DNA from: Macrostomum lignano
Taxonomy: Eukaryota
Assembly: GCA_002269645.1 (NCBI GenBank)
Contig: NIVC01001265.1
Coordinates: 186,001 to 250,000 of the forward strand
Length of the DNA: 64,000 nt
Reading direction: 5' to 3'
This document shows positions 54,209-64,000 of this stretch, one piece after another. How positions within the stretch are numbered: the stretch's first letter is position 1; each line of letters opens with the position of its first letter. Made by a program: the position numbers and the translations under genes. The notes below the pieces were generated by a model, which worked only from the letters and a program-made list of their open reading frames with translations, was not told the DNA's origin and made no database searches.

Positions 54209-55910
54209 AATACGCTGTCATGATGGTAAAAGTCAGCGTCACAGGGCGCGCTTCATGGCTTGGGCGCGAACAAAGGCCGCGCCACCGGCAGTGTCCGGGG
54301 CGCCGGCGTCAGCCAGCAGACAGTCGACATAACGCCGAGTTCGCGCTTGACCTCGCCGGTAGGGTGCCTGCAGCGTGAGCAGCAGCACCTCCTGCACCGG
54401 CTGTGGGCAGTACGACTCGGCGCGGATGAGATGGCCTGCGAGCTGGAGTCGCCGACGGCGCAGTAGATCACTTGGACGTGGCAGGCCAGCGCGGCGATAG
54501 AGTGCCGCGTTGGTGACTCGCTCGACGCCGATGTTGAAGGCGGCGCGCAGCAGACCAGCGTGCGCCGCATCGACTTGCTGTTCGAGTGAGTCCGTCAGCG
54601 TCCAGGTCTCGGCGTTGTACAGCAGGACGGTCTCGATTACCGCCTGGAACAGCGCCGCCCTCTGGCGGTCCGGTAGGGCCTCGGACTGCAGGACTGCCCT
54701 CACAGAACGAAAGGCAGCCCAGGCAAGCCCGCGGCGGCGTCGCAGGTCCTCGCGAGCGTCTGGAACCAGACCGCCGAGGTAGACGAAATGCTGACATCGC
54801 GGGAGTTCGGTCGCCTGCCCGTCAGCGCCTCGGCAAAATATTGCAGCCTCGATGTCGTCCGGCACGCAGAGCACAACGGTCTTCTGCGTGTTGACCACCA
54901 GGCCGACACTCGCCGCAACGGCAACCAGCCTGTCCAGCTGCCGTTGGGCGCCCTCGACGGTCGAGGACAGCAGGGCGAGGTCGTCGGCGTAGCCAAGCAC
55001 GCTGAGCCGCTTCTCCGGTTGACGTCGACCCACGCGTCGCTGCAGCAGAAAACCGTCGTCGTCGGTAGGAAGAGCAGTCCGCAGCACCCAGTCAAGCACC
55101 AGGACGAACAGGAACGGCGCCAGCGTATCTCCCTGAAGCACTCCGGAGGATGTCTCAAAGGAGTCCGATAGGCCGTCCGGTGTTGTCACAGCAGCTGTCG
55201 TATCACGGTACATCGCCATGATGGCGGAGATCAGCTGCTCAGGCACGTTGTACGCGCGGAGCACCATTGGAAGCACGGCTCTGACAACCGAGTCGAATGC
55301 CTTCTTGAAATCAATAAAGATATAGCCCTATAAAGATATGTCCTATAAAGATACAGGACATGGTGTCGGCCAACACCCGCTTCCGCAAGCCACTGAGCGG
55401 TCTCGCAACCTTCGTGGGCTGCAAGCGGAGGCGACGGAACGCGCGTGGCAGGAACGCAACCCGGAGACAAGCACAGCTCGACCACGTGCTCGTGCGTTTC
55501 CGTGAGCGTCGTCGCGCCGTCAACTGCCGAACCATCACGCCGCTGGCTCTGCGGTCCGATCACCGGCTCCTCATCTGCGACCTCAACCTTCGCGATCCGC
55601 TCTACCGTCCGCCGAAGCGGCCACCGCGGCGCTACTACCGCGCGCTCAGAGCCACCGATACGCAGCGTCGCTTTGCTAGCGCCTTTAACACCGCGCTGGG
55701 CGACAAGCGTGGAAGTGCCGAGTATGCGATAGTGTGCGCTGCAGTCAGAACCGCCGCGGAGCAAGCAGTCCCGATGATGCAACCGGCTCAACGTGGGCAG
55801 CCGGTCTGGCAGGACGACCCTGCGATTCAGGCAGCGAGGGAAGATCTGGAGAAGCTCCGCTTGAGCAGGCGACCAACCCGCGAGGCAGAGGCAGCTCTGG
55901 CAGCTGTCTA

Positions 55911-57219
55911 CGAGGGGCATACTGAAAGTTTTGAGATACACCAAAACCACAAATGTCTGAAGCAAAATTTTTGTCACAACTTTTCAAAGTAGTTGCCACC
56001 CACTTGTATGCATTTCCTCATCCGGTGAAACCACTGCGTCCAGGCTCCGGCCCACTGTTCTTCTGGCACTGCTGACACTACCCGCTCGAACTCGAATCTT
56101 GCTGTTTCAGGGCTCTCAAACCGAGTCCCACGCAGTTGGTTCTTCACCAAAGGGAAGAGAAAGAAGTCGCAGGGTGCCAGGTCAGGGGAATATGCGGGAT
56201 GCGTCACCAACTGGACTCCATTTTCAGCCAGAAATGCCAATGTTGCAGCAGCTGTGTGCGCACTGGCATTGTCGTGGTGCAGCAGCAGACCACGAAGTCC
56301 GGTGCGCGGCCGGCGTCTGCGCCACGCATCGAGCACGAGTGGCAGGCACTGGTTGATATACCAGTCGGCATTGACTGTCCACCTGTCTTGGAGCGCTACA
56401 GTCGCCAGGTGGCCAGCCTGGCTGAAGAAAGTCGCCACCATCTGCTTCCCGACGCTGCGGGCCCGCTTGACCTTCAATGGGGTGGCATCGTCCGGAAGGA
56501 GCCAAACTGCCGACTGCTGCTTGGTTTCCGGGTCGTACTGGTAGACCCAGGTCTCATCGCCTGTGATGATCTCCCAGCATCGCTTCGAGGCCCCAGAATC
56601 GAATCTTTCAAGCATAAACTCGCACCAACGCACCCTCTCCACTTTCTGGTCCTCCGTCAGGTTGTGGGGCACCCATCGGGCACACCGCTTGGAGGCTCCC
56701 AGCTTGTCGTGCAGGATGGTCGTAACCGCTGCCAATCCAATGCCGAGGGGCGTCTCTGATCTCGGCACAGGTCACTCGCCGGTCCTCGTCAATCATTCTC
56801 CAAACAGCAGCAATGTTTTCATCCGTGACTGTGGAAGCTGGACGTCCCGTCCGAGGCTCGTCATCAAGGCTGCTTCGGCCCCACTTACACTGACTGTACC
56901 AACGAAAAACTGTGGCACGTGAAGGGGCTTGGTCTCCAAAGGCAGCATGTAAACTTTCAACGCACTGCTCCTGCGTGAGACCTTTTCGCTGGTCATAAAC
57001 TATCATGGCACAAAAGTCGCAGTTTGTCAACTCCATTGGAGCAAGTACAGTTTGGTAGGGGGTATTGATTTTGAAGAGTGATTGTGAAAAATTGACAAAA
57101 GCGCGAAGGCTGAAAATTTATACCCAATCATCTTAAGGGTGGTAGAGTATGTACATAAAAATTTGTGCAGTTGTGACTTATGAGTCAACCATATCTCAAA
57201 ACTTTCAGTACGCCCCTCG
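55911..57219 (-). mobile_element. Full-length mariner (1309 bp, DD34D) with 28-bp TIRs and TA TSD; transposase 57036-55974 has one +1 frameshift near 56747-56750
   Basis: TIR CGAGGGGC(A/G)TACTGAAAGTTTTGAGATA; TA at 55909-55910 and 57220-57221; WVPHNL, TGDETW, HDNA-x-YSPDLAPCD with 34 aa between the last two catalytic Asp. Confidence 0.96.
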
Positions 57220-57964
57220 TACCTGCAGCGCCAACAAGCGGCTGTCGATGACGCCATTCAGGCTGTCTCTGCCGCTGGGCCCGATGCCAGAGGGCGCGTG
57301 GCCTGGTCCGCCATCAACGCTCTGACGGGACGAAAGCGGCGCAATCCGCTGAACCTGGCTGGTGACACGCCGGACGAGCGTAGGAACGAGCTGCGCGAGT
57401 TCTTCCCCGCCATCGTCAACGCGCCGCCACCCCCGCTGCCAGACAGTCTGACGCTGCCGCCGGAGACGCCGCTGCCGGCAGAGGAGAGTTTCAGCGTAGC
57501 CCCAGTCAACGCAGCCGACGTTGTCAAGCTCGCCCAGCAGTCACCGGGCGGGAAAGCGCTGGGTCCGGACGAGGTGCCCATCGAGGCGCTGCGCATCCCC
57601 TGTGTGGCCGCTGAGGTCGCCAGAGTGATGAACCGCGTGCTCTTCGGTGAGGCGGCGCCCAACGAATGGACCACGGCGCACATCGTCGCTGTTCCAAAGA
57701 AGCCGGGCACCACTAGGCTTGAAGACCATCGAGGCATCTGCCTTCAGTCCTGTGCAGCGAAGCTGTTCAACCGGATGCTGCTTTCGCGGTTGCAGCCCGT
57801 GCTGGATCCGTACCTGCGCCCAGAGCAGAACGGGTTCCGGCCCCATCGCGGCACAGTGGCGCAGATCCTGGCTCTTCGCCGAGTCATCGAGGAGGCGCGG
57901 ATTCGTCAGTCGATCCTGATTTTAATCTTTACTACTACAATAATAACAATAATAACAGTAATGG

Positions 57965-58314
57965 GTAATACTAACTATTAATTCATTACACCTGCTCTAA
58001 ATGAAATGGGCAGATGAGCAACCGACAGCTTAGCCGCAGCTGCTAATTGCGCGGCACATCTGAAGGCTGCCAAAGGCTGCTCAGTCCAAGGACTGGGGTC
58101 ACCACACACACCCTTAATTACCCCAGGTAATGCGCGCTGGTACCCATTTTACAGCTGGGTGAACTTACTGAAGCAATTATGCAGCTCCGTACATCTACTC
58201 CAGTAAGTGTCTTGCCCCAAGCTTGAACACAAATTGTTCCGAGGGCGAACTCCCGACCTTCAATAGATGTCTGACGCTCAAACCATACATGATGTACTAC
58301 TAGGTTACAGCCCC
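57965..58314 (-). mobile_element. tRNA-derived CORE-like SINE, copy 3 (diverged), with simple-repeat tail toward 57931
   Basis: Reverse complement aligns with copies 1 and 2 (GGGGCTGTAACCTAGT..., CACCCAGCTGTAAAATGGGT, CAGCCTTCAGATG, GAGCAGGTGT). Confidence 0.82.
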
Positions 58315-59877
58315 AAGCGTGCCTAAAATTGTAAAAATGGCACAGCTCGGCTCATTGGTTTTATGAATCTATTTTGTCAATTTTTGCTTAATGACTGTGT
58401 AACAACATATGTAAGAGAATGATTAAATATTGATTCATAAAACTAACGAGTCGAGTTGATGCCAATTTATATTATATTTTTAGAATAATGATATAAAATT
58501 AACATAGAATCAGTTTTCTAAACAAAAAGCTTTATGAATATAAATAGAGCTATCAAAAGGCAAGACATTTATCAAAAGATGTACACTAGCCTGGTCTCAA
58601 CGTTCCATTCTCTGCTAAGAAAATGAGAACCTCCTATCTCTGTAATGTATTTTTTCGGTAAAACTACTAAATTTTTCCAAGAACGTCTTTCTACCCATAG
58701 TTAGTCATTATAGACACTCAAATCAAGCAATAGAAATTCCTTTAAATTTAGGAGCATCTGTTCTGTGTTTTGTCGTCTGCGCTCTGTCGGTATTTCGTTC
58801 AATTTAATAGATTAGAAAAGAAACTAGTCAAAATAATTAAAGCCGCATCGAATTGAAGGGAATGAAGGTTGTGTCTATTTTATTTCTTGTGTTCAACCAA
58901 AGAACGAATCACACCAATTAGCCAACAAAAACCTTTTTAGCATACAAAGTGTGATGCTTTTGCGGTAAGCAGACGAAACATCACGCATCCGTGCATTAGC
59001 AGACCTTGGTTATAATAAGCATTTTTATATCTTCCAAAATTATCCCACCGACCTTTACGCTGCCTAAAAAGTGCTTTTTCAAGCATATAGTTTTCTTCGA
59101 ACAAAGAGATGGGGGTGAAACATTGCAAGGACAATAGCGGAGGCCGGCACTGCATCCGAGGTTTCGGCGGCTGACAATGGAGCAGACCCAGGAAAACCGG
59201 GAGCAGAGGGTGGGGCAACATGCTTTGCGCGAGCTGCAGACACGAAAAACGCATTCGACTTCGCCTGTAAGATTGCTGTGAGTATCTATTCGTGCAGTTG
59301 GATGCGCTGCAACCTAAAATAGGATTTTTCTAAACGGTAAGGTCAATAAATTTGCACGGATTTTAGCTATCAAGAGAGGCGTCGAATCCAGTGCGGACAA
59401 AAGGAATAATAAATGGTCTGCAAAAACAAAAATTTCAGATTGCTGAATATTGAAAAATAGGAGTTCGGTTAGTGCGCGCGGATATCGCCGGTTCGTTTCC
59501 AAGGCAAAAATTTGTGAAACTCGACCGGGGAACAGGAAACAAAGGTGAGAAGCAATCAACAATGGTACGGCACTCTGTCGCTTAGCTCTGTCGATTTGTA
59601 TTGTACTCTCCACCTCCGCCTCTGACAAACACGTATTCGATCTATTCATATATGTAGCTTCATAGGAAAGCCATCAAAATGTGCGACACAAGCGACAGAG
59701 GCGCAACTGTTGAGCATAGGATATTTTTCTCGTTGCTATGGATTTTTGATGAAGAACAAAAGAAGATGCCGATGATGAATGGTAATGAAAAGAGAACAGA
59801 TTTTTAGTTCCTGCGATTAACTCGGTCTCAGTTTACTGCAATTTTTCGCACGCTAGATTTGATTCAGCCAGTCGGGC

Positions 59878-61277
59878 TTATTCACTCGATGAGTCGGAAT
59901 TTTTCTGGCTCAGCAAGTAGTCGAATTCGCCGCGAATAGCAGCCAGCGCCGTCGGGGCTTCCGGGTCCCACGGTTTAATCCCCTGCGACAGAAGCTCACC
60001 AACCTCCTCCTTGCTGAATCCCCACGTGTTGCCGCTGCTCGTGTCAGGCGATGCAGGCAGGGCCTCCACATCGCCGCTCGCCGGGTCCGGCTTCTTGTCA
60101 GCCGAGGCCATTGCCACCAGCGTGCTTGTCGTTGTCTCCGAAGTAGCACTGTCGGTCGCGCGATCGGCAGTAGCGTCCGCAGCAGTCGGAGCCGAAGTCG
60201 CCTCCGTCTTAGATGCGGCAGCGGCCGCAGCAGCAGCGGCAGCAGCTGCCGCTGCTCGATCTTGCGAGTTGCCGACAAACCGACGGCGAGGTCCTCCGCC
60301 ACCGCGGCCACCCATCGTCGACCTACTCATAGAGCGGCCATGTTGGTAGCGTTGCATTCCGCCGCCACCGCCACCGCCACCGCCACCGCCACCGCCACCA
60401 ACGCCGCCGCCGACGCCGCTAGCGTTGCCGCCTCCGCTGCCGGCCGGCAGGATGCCCTGCGGCATGCCCAGCCCATTGAGCATGTAGTTCAGCAGCATGC
60501 ACATGTTGAGCGCGTTTGTGGCCGTTTCAATCTCCTCCTCAACGGCCGGCGGGGCGATATTCTCGCGCAGGCTGTCCCGGACTTGGTTTGGCGGGAAGAG
60601 GCCCAGGTCGTAAGCGGCCATGGAGCCAGCGACTTCGTCTAGCCACTCGTTGTGCATCTTGCGCTCGAATCGAGTCGATTTTATGGCCTTGCCGATAGCC
60701 TTGTCGGTGCAGTGCTGGAAAAGAGACCAGGGCTTCTCAAACACGAGGTTGCACACCTTGCACGAGTACAGCGATCCAAATTCCATCGAGGCGCGAACGC
60801 GCACGTTTTTAATATGCTCGGCGTCCTTTTCAAAGAAGCACTCCAGATAGTGGTCGCGCAGCAGATTGTAATAGCTCTCGTTGTCCTGCCTGTGCAGCAT
60901 TTTGCGGCACGTGGTACAGTAGATGACGCCGTTATCAACCAGTTCGGTCTCGGGCGCTTCGAACTGCTGGGCAGTTTGGAACATGCTGTTGTTGTTAGTC
61001 CCCGATTGATAGCCCTCGCCAGAAGCTCCGGTGCTAGCAGCCTTAATGTCCTCGCTGGGAAGCTCCTCAGACTCGGGGCGCCGTTCTCTACGGACTTCAG
61101 CGGCAGGCGATCGTGGGAAAAATGGCACGCATCGCCGAACCGGCAGCCAGAAGCAGAGAAGAAAAACTTGCACGGCGGCTTTTGGTTTGGGATGTGCAGA
61201 AACTTGCACTGCTGTCCGTACCAGCACCCGCCGAGGGTGTTAAAGTACCTGCAGATTTTGCCTTCGGGGTCCGCCAT
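59878..61277 (-). CDS. Intronless zinc-finger protein: 2x CCCH, C2H2-like fingers, Gly/Arg-rich and poly-Ala tracts; split by a 1-nt frameshift near 61075-61078 (~466 aa if joined)
   Basis: Frame A: CRYFNTLGGCWYGQQCKFLH and CKFFFSASGCRFGDACHFSH (C-x8-C-x5-C-x3-H). Frame B: YCTTC, YSCKVCNLVFEKPWSLFQH, and C-terminal GFSKEEVGELLSQGIKPWD. One extra C in the CCCC run joins the frames (NGAPESEELPSEDIK). Confidence 0.78.
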
Positions 61278-62836
61278 TGCCAATTCTTGCATTTGTGAAC
61301 TTGTACGCTTTTCAGGCTTTCGTGAATATCTGGGCTCTCTTGGATTGACGGTCGAAAAATCATGCGAGCCTTTTGCCTAGAACTTGCTAATAGGGAATCC
61401 AAGGGCGCTGGCAATAGTGACAAAGCAAAGGGCTCTTTTCTGACTGTACTCTGAGATGTCTATGGCCCGATGTTGCCTTCCCCACGAGTCGCGGCAGGAG
61501 TCGGGAGTCGCTGCAGACCCTCTCGTGTGAAGTCAGCTATATCTATGGCCGATGCACTTTGATAGATTTGATAATATGCTGACTTATAGCTGCATTTACT
61601 AATATAGCGTATTTCAAGCATGAACTGCATTGTAGCTACGATATACATACGAGCTGTGACTAGCAACTAGCTCAATTTTCCAATGAACTTTTATCCTTAT
61701 CTGACTTAGAATAGCAATTAGTCTCGGGATTAAGCCGGGAAAGCTCTATTGCAGCAGACAATTTCTACTGCAGACAGAGAAGCATGTTAATGACAATTGC
61801 TAAATTTGAGTTGTGCAATGTGCCCCTCTGATACTTAAACATTGACCAAAACATTGCTGAGATGGTTGGTATAAAACTACTACTGCTATTGGATGAGAAA
61901 CGGTTCAGACAGAAAATCAATGACTACACAATACTCATACTTGCACTAAACATTGAGAAGTAACGAAGATGTGGCGAAGAAGCTCTCGATTGTTCATCAT
62001 CAAGAAATTGACTAAGCAACTCAATATGTTTTTAAGCTTTATGAAAGCTTTTTTGAGGCTTTTTTTCACTGTGGGGCCATGGCAGCCGCTGGAACACTAT
62101 GGGGAATGCGGGAAGAAAGAGAAGGGAGAAACCGCACCCCTCCTCGCATACAAAGGCGAGCGGGTTGCTCCATTGTCGCAAAATTTGAGAGGAACTACCG
62201 GGCGCAGTTCAAAGCCCCTCCCCCAACCCCAGCTGAGAGACAATGCCCTACCTGGCTGCAACAGCGCAGTTGGAAAGTTTCAGCACCAACATGGCAGCAT
62301 GAGAGAAGGTAGAGAAACACACCGTCTTCCTTAAATGAATGTCTCAAAGGTAAAGAGAGAGAGAGAGAGTCGGAGAATCTGGTCACGCAAACTGCCGGAT
62401 GAAGCAAACAATTGGATGAAGAGCGAGCGGATGGGAAGCTGGACAAGAGCAGACTGTCCGGCACCTTTGATGACGGCCTTTGAGAAGTTGAGACTCTGGA
62501 GTGTGTACTTAATGGATGACAGGTGAATTGCTTGTTTTTTGTTTGTCCTGCTGCTAAGCTTGAGCTGGGATGATCGACTCACATCGCCAGCTTTGGCTAA
62601 AGCTTGGTTAAACTCTTTGTTTATAGTTATTTAAAATCTTATGCTATGCTATCTTAGCAATTAGAATGCACTTTTAGACGATGTTAGAGCCATAGAAAAT
62701 AATAATAGACAGTTATTCCTTAGTGATTAAGTTGTCCTTGTACCGAGCATATGTTGGAATGCTAATTTCGCAACAGCAATTGTAGCCAAAATACTTTTAA
62801 CCATAGACAGTACAGACCGTAGAAACTTAAAATGGT

Positions 62837-63027
62837 CAAGGAGTTCCATAATTAGCAACCTGGAGTGGAAACGAGTTTTTCAGTTTTACCTCATGAGGCC
62901 AGACTAGCATAGACAGAGTCAGACAGTGCCATAGACATTCAGTGCTGGCTCCTAATCTTTACAATTGGCGTGGCCTCATGATGTAAAACTCGTTTCCGCT
63001 CCAGATTGCTAATTATAGAACTCCTTG
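62837..63027. mobile_element. 191-bp MITE with ~57-bp TIRs and 8-bp TSD AAAATGGT
   Basis: Left CAAGGAGTTCCATAATTAGCAACCTGGAG...TCATGAGGCCA is inverted at the right end; TSD at 62829-62836 and 63028-63035. Confidence 0.87.
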
Positions 63028-63822
63028 AAAATGGTGCATAAGCATAAGTTAAAGATATTGTACTAACGAACGGTCGCGGTCGGCAAAGAGGAGAGAAGAG
63101 AAGAAAGGGACAGAGAAAATAGAGAAGAGAAAAGATAGATAGGAGAAAGGAGATACTAGGGAAGATATGAGATAGGAGAGCAGCGATGAGAGGAGAGAAG
63201 GAAGAGAGCTGAGAAGAGACACAAACCTTGAGCGATTGCTATTGTGAAGTTTCAAAGGACCCGAGGTCCGGATAGAGAGGCTTCGCGGGCCGGAGTTTTG
63301 GCTTCAGCGTCAGCTGCAAAATTGGCATTCTAACTTATGCTTGGTATTCTTCGCAGTTGATATTGATAGAATAAACAGAAAAAAGCATTTTAGGCATTAG
63401 GCATTTCAACATTAAGTATGGACTAGCAACCAAATATTGTTGAGAGCGGGAAAAATTTGAAAATGTTATTCGTTTATACGTATGTACTAAATTGCGTAAA
63501 AGTATATTGCACACATTAAAATATTTTAATACCGACTTGCTGATTGCGAGAGACTGAAAGAGTTTGGAATTGCAGCTGCAAGGCGCCCGCTTCCCACCGC
63601 TCATGGAACTGGCAGGCAAATTACATTAAAATAGCGTGCATTATAAAAGTACTTTTTGCACTCCAGACTGTGAACTACTGCTGTAAGCACGCTGTGTCTG
63701 GCGTTCTTAACTGCATGACTGCATGACTGCATGATTCAAAGTCTCACACACTCATTTAAAATCTTATTCTCCTTGATTTAAAACTATACAAATAGTCAAT
63801 CAAAATTGCAAACTCATTTATT

Positions 63823-64000
63823 CAATACCTCACACCTGGTCATTCAAGTTCCCTCACACACAGGGATTCAATACCTCACACCTGGTCATTCAAGTTCCCT
63901 CACACACAGGGATTCAAAACCTCACACCTGGTCATTCAAGTTCCCTCACACACAGGGATTCAATACCTCACACCTGGTCATTCACAAGTCTCACACAGCT
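63823..64000. repeat. 46-bp minisatellite running off the window end
   Basis: CAATACCTCACACCTGGTCATTCAAGTTCCCTCACACACAGGGATT units. Confidence 0.9.

Noticed and set aside
54253-57919. Many antisense or alternative-frame ORFs over the RTE and mariner
   Set aside because: GC-rich shadows of the transposon reading frames
59314-59649. 111-aa minus-strand ORF downstream of the CCCH gene
   Set aside because: AT-rich, no motif; likely 3'UTR or intergenic
61969-62582. Short ORFs and coding-like stretch at 62335-62582
   Set aside because: No recognisable domain, in-frame stops in the most protein-like frame, and no consistent splice sites

Overview
Eukaryotic (animal) genomic DNA. GC-rich exons, almost every intron filled by its own micro/minisatellite, and a boule gene are reminiscent of the flatworm Macrostomum; the organism is an inference, not shown by the sequence. 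Reconstructed genes: 5'-truncated beta-hexosaminidase (+, one GC-AG intron), nicotinamide riboside kinase (+, with a 1797-bp tandem duplication of exons 3-5), an intronless 79-aa secreted prepropeptide with no family I recognise (+), homeobrain (+), an alpha-arrestin (-), boule (-), a GT31 beta-1,3-galactosyltransferase (+), CTP synthase (-) and an intronless CCCH/C2H2 zinc-finger gene split by a 1-nt frameshift (-). Mobile DNA: three tRNA-head CORE-like SINEs, a 5'-inverted (twin-primed) RTE-type LINE inserted at a SINE tail and itself interrupted by a near-intact mariner, a mariner relic, and several MITEs with 7-8 bp TSDs, one nested. Best novelty candidates: the orphan peptide precursor, the twin-primed RTE with templated junction filler, and the CCCH protein. 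Coordinates were counted by hand and may be off by a base or two.
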